The notes beneath the pieces are model-generated. The model saw nothing but the letters and a program-made list of their open reading frames with translations. It did not search any database and had not been told where the DNA came from. A stretch of DNA of 64,000 bases from Candidatus Aegiribacteria sp. (GTDB lineage: Bacteria; Fermentibacterota; Fermentibacteria; Fermentibacterales; JCC-6): positions 16,957 to 80,956 of the forward strand of contig JAWOBF010000043.1 in assembly GCA_046498225.1 (NCBI GenBank), given 5' to 3'. Numbering within the stretch: position 1 is the first letter of the stretch; every line of letters starts with the position of its first letter. Shown here in pieces: positions 17,672 through 27,776 of the stretch. A program made the position numbers and the translations under genes.

Positions 17672-18235
17672 TCAGACCTTCTTGATGAAGTGCCGCTCCA
17701 CCTGTATGCGCTTGAGTTCCCGCTTGAATATCTCCCTGTCCTTCTGCTCGCTCTGCAGCTCTTCCTGAGCCTCCTCCAGCTTGTGCTCCTCCAGCCTGAA
17801 GGCCCTCCAGGCCTTGCTGTAGCTCTCCTTGAGCGAATCCAGCTCCTCCGGTTCCAGTTTCTCCTCATCGGCGTTTTCCGCGGCTACCCTGACCTTCTCG
17901 AAGGCTTCCCTGGCCTCAGCGGCCAGCCTGGATTCCTCCTTGACCTCCTCGCTGAACTGCTTCATCTCATCCTGGCTGAAGTCCATCTCCTTCATGATCC
18001 TCTCCTCCAGCTCGTCCAGAAGAGGTGTCAGGAATTCCCGCACATCTTCGATGAAGCTGCGGTAGCGCTCCACCGACCTTCGAAGCTTCTTCTCCCTGCG
18101 GATGTTCTGAATTCCGTTGAGTCTCTCCTGCCACTGGTGGAGCTGGCGTACGCTATCCACCAGGTCCTTCCGTATGGCGTTCTTGAAATGTATGTCAGTC
18201 TTGAGCTTTCTCTCCACCGCGGTATGCTGGTCCAT
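17672..18235 (-). CDS. coiled-coil protein of unknown function
   Basis: Start at ATG 18235 (MDQHTAV) with strong AAGGGGAG RBS; highly charged heptad-like sequence (K/E/R-rich). Confidence 0.5.
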   Translation of the reverse strand: MDQHTAVERKLKTDIHFKNAIRKDLVDSVRQLHQWQERLNGIQNIRREKKLRRSVERYRSFIEDVREFLTPLLDELEERIMKEMDFSQDEMKQFSEEVKEESRLAAEAREAFEKVRVAAENADEEKLEPEELDSLKESYSKAWRAFRLEEHKLEEAQEELQSEQKDREIFKRELKRIQVERHFIKKV

Positions 18236-18299
18236 GTAAACGCTCCCCTTAATTGGATTTGGATAACTGTCACTCACTTATGCGCAGTCCCGATAAATT

Positions 18300-18340
18300 G
18301 CTCTAAAACGCCTTTCTGTCAAGGCTGCGTCGATGGAGGC
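18300..18340 (-). promoter_or_regulatory. candidate promoter (TTGACA on minus strand) upstream of the coiled-coil gene
   Basis: RC reads cTTGACAgaaaggcgttttagagcaatttatc, about 60-90 nt upstream of start. Confidence 0.2.
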
Positions 18341-18351
18341 GGCGGGAATGA

Positions 18352-18870
18352 TCAGCTTTCCCGTTCCCCGTCGCGCTCCGCGTCCCGCTCCAGGGCGGCG
18401 TAGCTGAACCTGATACCCAGGCCGGGGTCCAGCCCCAGCTTCTCCGCGGCATGAAGAACGGCCTCTTCCGACTCCGCCTCTATCTCCACGAAGTTCCCGA
18501 ACCAGAGACTGTCCAGACATACTGAAGCCTCACCCAGGCTGCATTCCCGCCGGGTCTTCCGATACCGGTACACCACACCGTATCCCAGAAGGCCGAACAG
18601 CTCCAGCGCATCCTCCTGGGAGCAGTCCAGCACCGCCTCCTTCTCCTGACGGACCTTCAGCGCCGTCGCCGGAAGCGGCTTCTTTACCGTGACAAGGGTT
18701 CCCTTTTCATGATTCCGAAGCCGGAAGAGCAGATCGTTCCTTCCCAGGGGACCCCCCATCCTGTCCAGCACCAGATTGTTCTCCTCCACCGCTTCCCCGG
18801 GATCTATTCCCAGGTCCGAAAGACGTCTCTCGATCTCTGTGTGGTCTTCCACCCTGAACTTCAATTCCAT
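18352..18870 (-). CDS. CYTH-domain protein (class IV adenylyl cyclase / triphosphate tunnel metalloenzyme family)
   Basis: Start at ATG 18870 MELKFRVED (EXEXK signature of CYTH), ~170 aa. Confidence 0.6.
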   Translation of the reverse strand: MELKFRVEDHTEIERRLSDLGIDPGEAVEENNLVLDRMGGPLGRNDLLFRLRNHEKGTLVTVKKPLPATALKVRQEKEAVLDCSQEDALELFGLLGYGVVYRYRKTRRECSLGEASVCLDSLWFGNFVEIEAESEEAVLHAAEKLGLDPGLGIRFSYAALERDAERDGERES

Positions 18871-18906
18871 CTCAAGCAACGCACACCCCCATGCAAGAGC
18901 CGCTGA

Positions 18907-18936
18907 TTGACCGATATGATATGATAGCTTAAATTC
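18907..18936 (+). promoter_or_regulatory. candidate sigma70 promoter for tRNA-Ser(TGA): TTGACC..17..TAAATT, ~10 nt before +1
   Basis: Hexamers and spacing read directly; AT-rich in GC-rich context. Confidence 0.35.
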
Positions 18937-18946
18937 CATCTTTGCG

Positions 18947-19032
18947 GAGGACTAGTCTAACTGGTAAGGCAGCGGATTTGAAATCCGCCGGGTTTATTCC
19001 CTTCGGGGTTCGAGTCCCCGGTCCTCCGCCAT
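18947..19032 (+). tRNA. tRNA-Ser (anticodon UGA), long variable arm, CCA encoded
   Basis: GGAGGACUAGUCUAACUGG...GCGGAUUUGAAAUCCGC...CGGGGUUCGAGUCCCCGGUCCUCCGCCA; acceptor GGAGGAC/GUCCUCC, discriminator G. Confidence 0.85.
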
Positions 19033-19057
19033 CACCCGGTCGAGAACCAGCTGATTT

Positions 19058-19090
19058 CGGATTTCCATGCAGAAAGGGGAGCCCTCTGAA
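19058..19090 (-). terminator. hairpin (GGGGAG-12nt-CUCCCC) followed by CUUUCU on minus strand; likely terminator for 19124-19510 gene and 3' trailer of tRNA-Ser
   Basis: Perfect 6-bp GC stem 19067-19072/19085-19090 read from sequence. Confidence 0.4.
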
Positions 19091-19123
19091 GGACTCCCCC
19101 TCTAATCGTCAATCTGAAGAGCT

Positions 19124-19510
19124 CTAGAACATGCCTCCGCTGACCACGACCCAGCTGCCGTCCTCGAGTACCAGATCGATCTCGTCCTCCTGGGTCTCGC
19201 CCATGAAGGTCATCTCCACCATTACCACGGCTTCCTCGCCGTCGATCTCGGAGCCGAGAACCTTTATGTCCATGTCGCCGAGCATGGCCAGCATGGACTG
19301 AGCCATTTCCTTGTCCTCATCGGACATGTTCTCTATCTCAGCACGCTCGTCTGCGGGCAGGTACTGCGCCATGGCGTCGAAATCACCATTCTTCATGGCG
19401 GCGAACATTCCATTCACGGCGTCTTCGGGACTGCTGGCCCCTCCGCCGCCGCCGCCGCAGGCCATCATTGCGAGGCCGGCAATACCCAGAACAGCAAGAA
19501 GTTTACGCAT
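19124..19510 (-). CDS. small acidic lipoprotein (DUF4878-like)
   Basis: MRKLLAVLGIAGLAMMAC lipobox then Gly-rich linker; ~128 aa. Confidence 0.5.
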   Translation of the reverse strand: MRKLLAVLGIAGLAMMACGGGGGGASSPEDAVNGMFAAMKNGDFDAMAQYLPADERAEIENMSDEDKEMAQSMLAMLGDMDIKVLGSEIDGEEAVVMVEMTFMGETQEDEIDLVLEDGSWVVVSGGMF

Positions 19511-19640
19511 CTGTTTTACCTCCATTAAGAGTATCAGAAGCTGCGCGATTCCGCGAATATGGAAGGCTCAACCCCTGAAGGCCTGATTCGAACATCAGAT
19601 ACTACAAATACGCGCAGCTCGGGTCAACACCAAACAGTCC

Positions 19641-20126
19641 TCAGAAAAGGCGTTCCAGTACGGATGAGCCCGTTACCCGCCATGCGGAGTCCTCCCAGGC
19701 GAGCTGAAAGGTCATGGAGAAGCCCGAATCCCAGGTGAACACCACCTGCGCGTTCCTGCCCGACATGGAGGTGTTCTCGGATACGACTTCGTCCAGGGAG
19801 GGCAGCTGTACAGACCCGAGCAATCCTGAGACGAAATCCTCCAGCGTCATCCATTCCAGGTCAGAGGGCGCCAGGCCCGCTCCGGTTCTCCGAAGAAGCT
19901 CTTCCGCCAGCTGCGGGTTCTGCAGAGCTATCTCCTGAAGCTGGGCGTACGCGGCCTCTATCTGAGACCTGACGCTGTTGGAGAGCATTTCCATGAAAGA
20001 GTCTCCATCACACCGCTCCACAGCGTAGAGAATGTCCCAGGCGGCATCGATGGGGGTGGCGCGCGCCGACGGGGCAAATGCGACGACCGCCACGGCGACG
20101 GTCAGGGAAGTCCGCAGCAAATCCAT
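19641..20126 (-). CDS. secreted hypothetical protein
   Basis: Signal peptide AVAVVAFAPSARA; no recognisable motifs. Confidence 0.4.
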   Translation of the reverse strand: MDLLRTSLTVAVAVVAFAPSARATPIDAAWDILYAVERCDGDSFMEMLSNSVRSQIEAAYAQLQEIALQNPQLAEELLRRTGAGLAPSDLEWMTLEDFVSGLLGSVQLPSLDEVVSENTSMSGRNAQVVFTWDSGFSMTFQLAWEDSAWRVTGSSVLERLF

Positions 20127-21076
20127 GTTCGTCCTTTCCTGTAGACATGTATCGACAGGGGTCCTTCAACCGCTTGATCCATTCTGTGCTCGCCGGGGCC
20201 AAGCCGGCCGGTCCACATGCCGCCTTGGGAGCCGAAAACCGCGACTTCCCCCCCGGAAGGCAGCCTGACGGCAACCCTTCCGTCCTCCCTCGCGGCCCTG
20301 AAACCGCGGGCATCTCCCAGAATGGCGTTGCTGGTGAAGCAGGAGCCCCTTTTCAGCGCGTCGAGTATTCTTCTTTCCGCCAGGGCGTCATCGCCGGGAA
20401 GTTCCTCCTCCAGCAATATATGCGTCAGCAGCCTTCTGAACAGCATGGGGTAGGGAAACACCACCAGCTTTCTCCTTCCCGGGCCGAACTTCAGAGCGTG
20501 GGCGTCCGGCCCGGCTATGGCGCAGCCTCCCACATTCCTCCAGAACTCTATCGCGGCGGGGTCCGGATGTTCCACGGAATCGTCGGGATGCTTCAGCTTC
20601 ATTCTCATGTTCAGCAGAGAGATGTTCCTCTTCCACAGCGACATGTAGTTCCAGACCTCCACTCCCGCCAGCCCCTCCGTACTGTCCGCGGTCCATGCGT
20701 AGCTTCCGGTCCTGGGCAGTTTCCCCGGGGCTTCGGTGGGGTGGGCGGCTATGGCCACGCCCCCCCGCCGGTTCACGAATTCAATCTGTTCGGATGTATC
20801 GGCGGACGGGGGCAGACCGTCGATGCCCCAGGCCAGGATGTGGCTCTTCCGGGCGGAGTCCTCCAGCTCTGTCCCGGCAAGGACGAAGAGGGAGGAATTC
20901 CAACCGCCGTAGCCGTTGTCCCTGGCCCAAAGTGTCCTGTGGTCGTTGATGCCCAGGATATCCGCGCCGGCCGCCACGGCCTCCGCCATGACCTCCTCCA
21001 TGGTCCCGGTGCCGTCGGACGCTCTGGTGTGAACGTGCAGCAGCGCTCTCTTCTCCACGGAAGGGAAGGATATCAT
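20102..21076 (-). CDS. PHP-domain metal-dependent phosphoesterase
   Basis: LLHVHTRASDGTGT...INDH...AAHP metal-binding His/Asp pattern of PHP family. Confidence 0.6.
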   Translation of the reverse strand: MISFPSVEKRALLHVHTRASDGTGTMEEVMAEAVAAGADILGINDHRTLWARDNGYGGWNSSLFVLAGTELEDSARKSHILAWGIDGLPPSADTSEQIEFVNRRGGVAIAAHPTEAPGKLPRTGSYAWTADSTEGLAGVEVWNYMSLWKRNISLLNMRMKLKHPDDSVEHPDPAAIEFWRNVGGCAIAGPDAHALKFGPGRRKLVVFPYPMLFRRLLTHILLEEELPGDDALAERRILDALKRGSCFTSNAILGDARGFRAAREDGRVAVRLPSGGEVAVFGSQGGMWTGRLGPGEHRMDQAVEGPLSIHVYRKGRTWICCGLP

Positions 21077-23874
21077 CCCTCCGGGATGTCTCCATGCCCG
21101 GCGCGCTTCACCATCTTCATCACCTCGAAAACACCGAGGTAGAGGAGCGCCGCGCCTGTTATGAACAGCCAGTCCACGGGACCCGGACCCCTGAAGTAGA
21201 GGAAATCTCTGATGAAGGGCGCGTATACGGCTATCAGCGTGAGGCCTATCGAACCGGCTATGGACCAGAGCAGTATCCGGTTGCTGAAGAAATTGCGGTT
21301 GAAGATGGAGGTGCGGGGGAACCGCCTGGACATGATGTTCACGTACTGGCAGAAGGCAATGGTCAGAAAGGCCAGGGTGGTGGCCCTCAGATATGCGGCC
21401 GGAAAGGGCGGTTCAATGCTGGAAACGAAGGCCACGTCCACAGAGCGGAACATTCCCAGGGCGTAGTTGGCGAAGGCCAGCCCTCCGATCAGCGATCCCA
21501 GAAGCAGTATCTCCGGGGAGGTCCGGGAGTTCATGATGTGTTCGGTCTGGTCCCTCGGCGGCGATTTCATTATTCCCGGGGGAGGCGGGTCGAAGGTGAG
21601 ACAGGTGAGGGGCATGACCTCGGCCAGCAGGTCTATGGCCAGTATCTGAATGGCCATCATGGGAATGGCCCAGTCGCCCATGGCTACGGCCGCCAGGCCC
21701 AGGATCACGACCATGAGCTCCGCCATGTTGGTGGTGATGGAAGCGAGGACCGTCTTCTTCAGGTTCCGGTAGATGGTTCTTCCCTCCCTGACAGCCTCCA
21801 CCAGGGTGGGAAAGCTGTCGTCAAGGAGAATGAGCTCCGCCGCCTCCTTGGCCACATCGGTCCCGGTAATGCCCATGGCAACTCCGATGTCGGCCCTCTT
21901 CAGCGCAGGTGCGTCGTTTACCCCGTCACCCGTAACCGCAACCACCTGGTCCTGGTCCTCCAGCAGGTTCACTATTCGGAGCTTGTGCGCGGGGCTCACC
22001 CTTGAGAAGATGACGGCGTCCCTGGACATGAGTATTCCAGTGAGTTCATCGTCATCCATATCCTCCAGCTGCGCGCCGGTGAACACGTCCGGGTCTCCCG
22101 ATTCGGTAAGGTCTATCTCCCTTCCCACCGCCCTGGCGGTTATGGAGTGGTCCCCTGTCATTACCACTATCCTGACCCTGGCGTTCCTGCATGCGGCAAT
22201 GGCCCCTCTGACACCGTCCTTGGGCGGGTCCATCATTCCCACCAGGCCCAGGAACACGACGTCCTTCTCCACATCCTCAATGACGTAGTCCTTCCCTCCG
22301 GGCTCCAGGGGGCGGAAGGCTATGGCCAGGACCCTGAGGGCCCGGTCGGAGAGTTTCTCGTTCATCTTCCTTATCCGTTCCCGGTCCTCGTCAGTAATGG
22401 GAACGGACTCGCCGTCGCGGTATATGTACTTCGCCACGGAGAGAACACTGTCTGTGGAACCCTTCATTGCAAGCTCCACCCGGTCCCCGAACCGCCTGAC
22501 CGAACTCATCCTCTTCCTCTCGGAATCGAAGGGGAATTCATGCAGCTCCGGGTTTTCCTCGTCCTCCTGGGGACTTCGAGTCCCCAGTTTCGTGGACATG
22601 GTTACAAGGGCCGCCTCGGTGGGGTCCCCCACGGGGTACCAGGAGCTGTGATCGTCGTCCGGAGGATGTATCTCCGCGTTGGAGGCCATGGTGGCCGCGT
22701 CCATCATTATCTCCAGCCGGTCTATCCTCTTCCTGTCCAGGACCTCCCCCCCGGAATCCTTTATGTCACCCTCCGGTTCGTATCCGATGCCGGTGAAGGT
22801 GTACTCCTCGCCGTCGAACCAGGCCCTGGTCACCGTCATCTCGTTCTTGGTGAGAGTGCCCGTCTTATCGGTGCATATCACACTGGTGGAGCCCAGGGTC
22901 TCTACGGAGGGCAGGCTCTTGACAACGGCCTTCCGGTCCGCCAGCCGCTTGCTGGCGGCTGTGAGCGCCACGGTCACCTGGGCGGGAAGCGCCTGGGGAA
23001 CCATGGCAACGGCTATGCCGAGGGCCAGTATCATACTGGTGGTAAGCGAGAATCCCTGCCACATGGCAACTCCGAACAGGATGGAACTGATTATCACGAC
23101 TATCACGGTGAGCCATCTCGCCAGGCTTCCCAGCTCCTTCTGGAGGGGTGATGACTCCTCTTCGGTCTCCTGGGCCATGGTGGCTATCCTGCCCATCTCA
23201 GTGTTCATACCGGTCCTGACCACCACACCGGTGGCGCTGCCGGTGGACACTGTGGTCCCCATGAAGGCCATGTTCTCCCGGTCGGAAATAATGGACTCTT
23301 CGGGAATGGGGTTGGTGTGCTTTCCCTGCGGCATGGACTCACCGGTGAGGGAGAATTCCACCGTCCTCAGGTCGAATGAATCCAGGAGTCTCATGTCGGC
23401 TGGTATCTTGTCCCCCGCTTCCACCTCCACGATATCACCGGGAACTATGAGCCGCTGTGATATCTCGGCAAGTTCTCCGTCCACCATGACCTTTGCGGGC
23501 GATTTTATCAGCTCCCGGAGCTTCTCCAGTATCTTTCCCGCCTTGTACTCCTGCACGAACCCGATTATCGCGTTGATTATCACGATGGCGAACATCACCC
23601 CGCCGTCGCGGTAGCTGCCGATACCGATGGAAATGGCTCCGCCTACTATGAGCACTATCACCAGGAGGTCGCGGAACTGTTTCAGGAAAAGGAGCCATTT
23701 GGGAACCGATATGTCGGAAACTATCTCGTTGGGTCCGGTCCGTCCCCGGATCTCGTTCGCTTTTTCCCTGGAAAGCCCCTTCCTGGTCGACCCCAGCTTC
23801 TCCAGGGCCTCCTCTCCGGAAAGGCGGTAGAAATCGGTCGTCTCCTGCAGCTGTTCGATGCTGTCGTTAGTCAT
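21073..23874 (-). CDS. cation-transporting P-type ATPase (type IIA, Ca2+-ATPase-like)
   Basis: ICTDKTGTLTKN phosphorylation motif, TGES, MTGDHSITA, VAVTGDGVNDAPALKRADIGVAMG hinge, 10 TM pattern; 933 aa. Confidence 0.9.
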   Translation of the reverse strand: MTNDSIEQLQETTDFYRLSGEEALEKLGSTRKGLSREKANEIRGRTGPNEIVSDISVPKWLLFLKQFRDLLVIVLIVGGAISIGIGSYRDGGVMFAIVIINAIIGFVQEYKAGKILEKLRELIKSPAKVMVDGELAEISQRLIVPGDIVEVEAGDKIPADMRLLDSFDLRTVEFSLTGESMPQGKHTNPIPEESIISDRENMAFMGTTVSTGSATGVVVRTGMNTEMGRIATMAQETEEESSPLQKELGSLARWLTVIVVIISSILFGVAMWQGFSLTTSMILALGIAVAMVPQALPAQVTVALTAASKRLADRKAVVKSLPSVETLGSTSVICTDKTGTLTKNEMTVTRAWFDGEEYTFTGIGYEPEGDIKDSGGEVLDRKRIDRLEIMMDAATMASNAEIHPPDDDHSSWYPVGDPTEAALVTMSTKLGTRSPQEDEENPELHEFPFDSERKRMSSVRRFGDRVELAMKGSTDSVLSVAKYIYRDGESVPITDEDRERIRKMNEKLSDRALRVLAIAFRPLEPGGKDYVIEDVEKDVVFLGLVGMMDPPKDGVRGAIAACRNARVRIVVMTGDHSITARAVGREIDLTESGDPDVFTGAQLEDMDDDELTGILMSRDAVIFSRVSPAHKLRIVNLLEDQDQVVAVTGDGVNDAPALKRADIGVAMGITGTDVAKEAAELILLDDSFPTLVEAVREGRTIYRNLKKTVLASITTNMAELMVVILGLAAVAMGDWAIPMMAIQILAIDLLAEVMPLTCLTFDPPPPGIMKSPPRDQTEHIMNSRTSPEILLLGSLIGGLAFANYALGMFRSVDVAFVSSIEPPFPAAYLRATTLAFLTIAFCQYVNIMSRRFPRTSIFNRNFFSNRILLWSIAGSIGLTLIAVYAPFIRDFLYFRGPGPVDWLFITGAALLYLGVFEVMKMVKRAGHGDIPEG

Positions 23875-23926
23875 TTGAGGTGGTTCCCGTTCCTGTTCAT
23901 TATTCTCCCGGGTCTGACCGGGGAAA

Positions 23927-25129
23927 TTACTTCTCGGTTTTCCTCCTGCGCTTTATCTCCTTTATGACCAGCGGTATCACTTCGAACAGGTCGGCGACGT
24001 ACCCCTGGTGGCAGAATTCGAATACCGGGGCGGTTTCGTCCTTGTTCACCGCCAGTATCCTGTCGGCGGACTGCATTCCAACCCTGTGCTGCACAGCCCC
24101 GGAGATGCCGCAGGCCAGGTATATCCTGGGCTGAACGGTCTTTCCGGTCTGACCCACCTGGTGGGGGTAGGGTATCCAGCCCGCGTCCACCGCGGCCCGG
24201 CTGGCCCCGACGCTGCCGTCGAGAAGTCCGGCCAGCTCTTCCAGCATGGAGAAGTTCTCCGGGGACTTCATCCCTCTTCCTCCGGAGACCAGCACTTCCG
24301 CCTCGGTTATGTCGATCTCACCCTCCTCCAGCGGCTTGAACTCCAGGACCTCCGTTCTGCTCACCAGGTCTTCCGGAGATACGCCGACTTCCTCTATCTC
24401 CCCCCGCCTGCTGTCATCCGGTTCCATGGCCTTCATCACCCGGGGACGCACGGTGGCCATCTGAGGCCTGGTATCCGAGCAGACGATCGTGGCAAGTATG
24501 TTGCCGCCAAAGGCCGGGCGGGTCTGAAGAAGGCCTCCCGTCTCCGGGTCGATGGAAAGTTCCGTACAGTCCGCGGTCAGGCCCGTATCCAGGTTCTTGG
24601 CTATCCTGGGCATCAGGTCCCTTCCGGTGGTGGTGGCGGCGGCCAGGACCACAGCCGGTCTGACCTCGTTTATGACTTTCTCGGCCAGCTTCGAGAAGGG
24701 CTCCGTCCGGAAATGCGCCAGTGCCGGATCCCGGGCCAGGTATACCGTGTCGGCGCCGTAGCTTATCAGCTTCCTCGGCCAGTCTCCCGGGTCCGAGGTG
24801 AACAGCGCCACGGACACCCTGCTCTCATCCGCTCCGGCCAGTCTTCGGGCTTCGCCCAGGAGCTCCAGGGTGGAGTGGTCCACCGTGCCGTCCCTCTGTT
24901 CCGCCAGGACCATTATTCCGGAGTACAGTCCGGTATCGGCTACCTCCGACTCCCCGGTGCGGATGACTATGGCCCCGAAGGGACAGGACGCTTCGCATGC
25001 CCCGCACAGGGTGCACTCATCGCCGATGACGGCAAGCCCGTTCTCCATGTATATGGCTCCGAAGGGGCAGGCGGGAATGCAGGCTTCGCAGCCTACGCAG
25101 GTATCCTTACGGACGTCGATGCTCGCCAT
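23927..25129 (-). CDS. etfA: electron transfer flavoprotein alpha subunit with N-terminal 2x[4Fe-4S] ferredoxin domain (FixB-like)
   Basis: CVGCEACIPACP and CTLCGACEASCP ferredoxin motifs then ETF-alpha FAD-binding region (..PRIYLACGISGAVQH..). Confidence 0.85.
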   Translation of the reverse strand: MASIDVRKDTCVGCEACIPACPFGAIYMENGLAVIGDECTLCGACEASCPFGAIVIRTGESEVADTGLYSGIMVLAEQRDGTVDHSTLELLGEARRLAGADESRVSVALFTSDPGDWPRKLISYGADTVYLARDPALAHFRTEPFSKLAEKVINEVRPAVVLAAATTTGRDLMPRIAKNLDTGLTADCTELSIDPETGGLLQTRPAFGGNILATIVCSDTRPQMATVRPRVMKAMEPDDSRRGEIEEVGVSPEDLVSRTEVLEFKPLEEGEIDITEAEVLVSGGRGMKSPENFSMLEELAGLLDGSVGASRAAVDAGWIPYPHQVGQTGKTVQPRIYLACGISGAVQHRVGMQSADRILAVNKDETAPVFEFCHQGYVADLFEVIPLVIKEIKRRRKTEK

Positions 25130-25911
25130 TATTCCTCCTCCCCCAGCAGGTAGTCGACGATGTGCTTCGCCATCTCCTCCGGTTCTCCGCGGTGTATCTC
25201 TCCGCCGGCGGGAGCCTCAGGTGTCATTATCCTGACCACCCTGGTGGGAGACCCGTCAAGGCCCACGTCATCGGGCTGGAGTTCCAGGTCATCTATGCCC
25301 CAGACGGGCAGTTCCATCTTCCTGGCCTTCATTTTCCCCCGCAGGGACGGGAGTCTGGGAGTGTTGGCGTCCTTCAGGAGGGTTATGACCACGGGAAGGG
25401 ACGACCTTACCACTTCGCATCCGCCCTCAACGTAACGTTCGGCGGTGATACCGTCCCCGGTGAGCTCACTGACCTTTCCCACGAAGGTTATCTGGGGCCA
25501 GTCCAGTGAGGCGGCGATACCGGGACCGGTCTGCGCGGTGTCCCCGTCTATGGCCTGCTTCCCGGTCATGACGATGTCAACGTCGCCCAGTTTTTCCACC
25601 GCCCTGGCCAGGGTATGGCTGGTGGCCCAGGTGTCCGCCCCGGCGAAGGCCCTGTGGGAAAGCAGCACCGCTTCATCCGCCCCCATCGCCACCGCTTCCC
25701 TGAGCACCGCCTCGGCCTGAGGGGGCCCCATGGTGACTGCGATGACCGTTCCTCCGAGCTGGTCGCGCCACTTCAGGGCCTCCTCCAGGGCGTACTCGTC
25801 GAAGGGGTTCAGTATCGAAGGGACGCCCTCCCTGACAAGGGTTCCCCTCTCCTCGTCTATTCTCACTTCGGCGGTATCCGGAACCTGTTTTACCGCCACG
25901 ACTATTCTCAT
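25129..25911 (-). CDS. etfB: electron transfer flavoprotein beta subunit
   Basis: MRIVVAVKQVPDTAEVRIDE... typical ETF-beta N-terminus. Confidence 0.85.
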   Translation of the reverse strand: MRIVVAVKQVPDTAEVRIDEERGTLVREGVPSILNPFDEYALEEALKWRDQLGGTVIAVTMGPPQAEAVLREAVAMGADEAVLLSHRAFAGADTWATSHTLARAVEKLGDVDIVMTGKQAIDGDTAQTGPGIAASLDWPQITFVGKVSELTGDGITAERYVEGGCEVVRSSLPVVITLLKDANTPRLPSLRGKMKARKMELPVWGIDDLELQPDDVGLDGSPTRVVRIMTPEAPAGGEIHRGEPEEMAKHIVDYLLGEEE

Positions 25912-27086
25912 TACTTCCTACTCCTTCTGGCAGTCTCCTTGATCAGCGACGAGGCGATGACGCTCCGCTGTATCTGATTGGTGCCCTCGTAAATCTGGGT
26001 TATCTTCGCGTCCCGCATCATCTTTTCCACGGGATACTCCTTCATGTAACCGTAACCGCCCATTATCTGTACGGCGTCGGTGGTGACCTTCATGGCCACA
26101 TCGCTGGCGAAGACCTTGGCCATGGCCGCCTCCTTCTCGAACTTGCGCTCCCCGGCGTCGATCATCCTGGCCGCGCTGAATGTCAGCGCCCGCGCGGCCT
26201 CCACCTGGGTCGCCATGTCCGCCAGCATGAACTGGATCCCCTGGAAGGAGTCTATCCTCCTGCCGAACTGAACCCGCTCCGAGGCGTACATGGCGGCCTC
26301 GTCCAGAGCGCCCTGAGCTATTCCCACGGCCTGGGCCGCGACCCCGGGACGGGACCTGTCCAGCGTCTTCATGGCCACGATGAACCCGTAGCCTTCCCTT
26401 GCTATAAGGTTCTCCGCCGGTATCCTGCAGTCCTCGAATATCAGTTCCATGGTGGAGGAAGCCCGAATACCCATCTTGTCTTCCTTCTTGCCGTAGCTGA
26501 ATCCGGGGGTGCCCTCCTCCACTATGAAGGCGGAAAGGCCTCTCGCCCCTCTGGAGGGGTCGGTCTGTGCTATCACCGTATATATCTGCGCTTCTCCGCC
26601 GTTGGTTATCCACTGCTTCGTCCCGTTGAGTATGTAGCTGTCCCCGTCCTTCACCGCCTTCGTCTTGACTCCGCCCGCATCGCTTCCGGCTTCCGGCTCG
26701 GTCAGGGCGAACGCGGCCAGTTTCTCACCCGAAGCCAGCTGGGGAAGGTACTTCTGTTTCTGTTCTTCGGAGCCCGAGAGCAGGATCGGCATGGCTCCGA
26801 GAGCGTTCGCCGCGAATGAGACCGCCACGCCGCTGCAGGCCTTGCTCAGTTCTTCCGTGGCCACACAGAGCGCCATGCTTCCGCCTCCGAACATCTCCGC
26901 GGAACCGCCGAATTCCTCGGGGATGTAGATGCCGCAGAGGTCGCTCTCGGCTATGACCCTGATGATCTCCGTGGGGAACCTGTTCTCCTCGTCCAGCTCC
27001 GCCCTGACGGGAATTATGTACTTCTCCGCTATCTCCGCGCAGAGTTCCCTTACGTCATTCAGCTCATCGGAAAGAAAATAGTTCAC
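25911..27086 (-). CDS. acyl-CoA dehydrogenase (short/butyryl-CoA type)
   Basis: ACAD fold motifs FALTEPEAGSDAGG, YILNGTKQWITNG, catalytic Glu region GGYGYMKEYPVE near the C-terminus. Confidence 0.9.
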   Translation of the reverse strand: MNYFLSDELNDVRELCAEIAEKYIIPVRAELDEENRFPTEIIRVIAESDLCGIYIPEEFGGSAEMFGGGSMALCVATEELSKACSGVAVSFAANALGAMPILLSGSEEQKQKYLPQLASGEKLAAFALTEPEAGSDAGGVKTKAVKDGDSYILNGTKQWITNGGEAQIYTVIAQTDPSRGARGLSAFIVEEGTPGFSYGKKEDKMGIRASSTMELIFEDCRIPAENLIAREGYGFIVAMKTLDRSRPGVAAQAVGIAQGALDEAAMYASERVQFGRRIDSFQGIQFMLADMATQVEAARALTFSAARMIDAGERKFEKEAAMAKVFASDVAMKVTTDAVQIMGGYGYMKEYPVEKMMRDAKITQIYEGTNQIQRSVIASSLIKETARRSRK

Positions 27087-27087
27087 T

Positions 27088-27771
27088 TCAAACCGTCCTC
27101 TCGATATTGTTCAGGGCGCTTGAGGCAGCTTTTTCAGCGGCCGCTTTCCTGGTGGTTCCCGTACCGGTGCCGGCCTCGTTTCCATCAACGCTCACGGTGA
27201 CGGTAAAGACCGGGGCGTGATCCGGCCCGCTCTTATCCATGGTCCTGTATTCGGGGAGTCTCAGTCCCATCGACTGGCAGTACTCCTGCAGCCTGCTCCG
27301 CGGGTCGGGGCCGTGATCGGAACTGGGGGACATGTCCAGTATCTCCCTGCGGATGAACTCCCTGGCGGGTACAAGGCCGGAATCGGTGTATATGGCCCCT
27401 ATCAGTGATTCCACGATATCCGCCGCTATCGACAGACGGGCTCCGGGGGAGGATGTGAAACTGCCGCCCACCATGGCCAGTCTGTCCAGGCCCATTCGTA
27501 TTCCCTGCCTGGCGAGGTTCTTCTTCCGCACTATCCTTATCTTGCGCCTGGTCAGCATTCCCTCCGGCTCGCGGGGGAATCTCGCGAGAAGGTATTCCCT
27601 GGTAACAAGCTCAAGAACTGAATCCCCCAGGAACTCGAGCCTCTCGTAGTCCTCCCCGATGCTGCCGGCCCGGTTAAGGGACCCGTGGGTCAACGCCCTT
27701 CGAAGCAGGTCCCTGTCACGGAAGCTGTAGTTAAGCAGCCTCTCCGCCTTCGACAAGGGATCCTCCGCCAT
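27088..27771 (-). CDS. rnc: ribonuclease III
   Basis: ERLEFLGDSVLE signature, C-terminal dsRBD. Confidence 0.9.
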   Translation of the reverse strand: MAEDPLSKAERLLNYSFRDRDLLRRALTHGSLNRAGSIGEDYERLEFLGDSVLELVTREYLLARFPREPEGMLTRRKIRIVRKKNLARQGIRMGLDRLAMVGGSFTSSPGARLSIAADIVESLIGAIYTDSGLVPAREFIRREILDMSPSSDHGPDPRSRLQEYCQSMGLRLPEYRTMDKSGPDHAPVFTVTVSVDGNEAGTGTGTTRKAAAEKAASSALNNIERTV

Positions 27772-27776
27772 TTATC

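Noticed and set aside
20078-21142. 354-aa plus-strand ORF
   Set aside because: Antisense of PHP-domain gene
24008-25153. 381-aa plus-strand ORF
   Set aside because: Antisense of etfA
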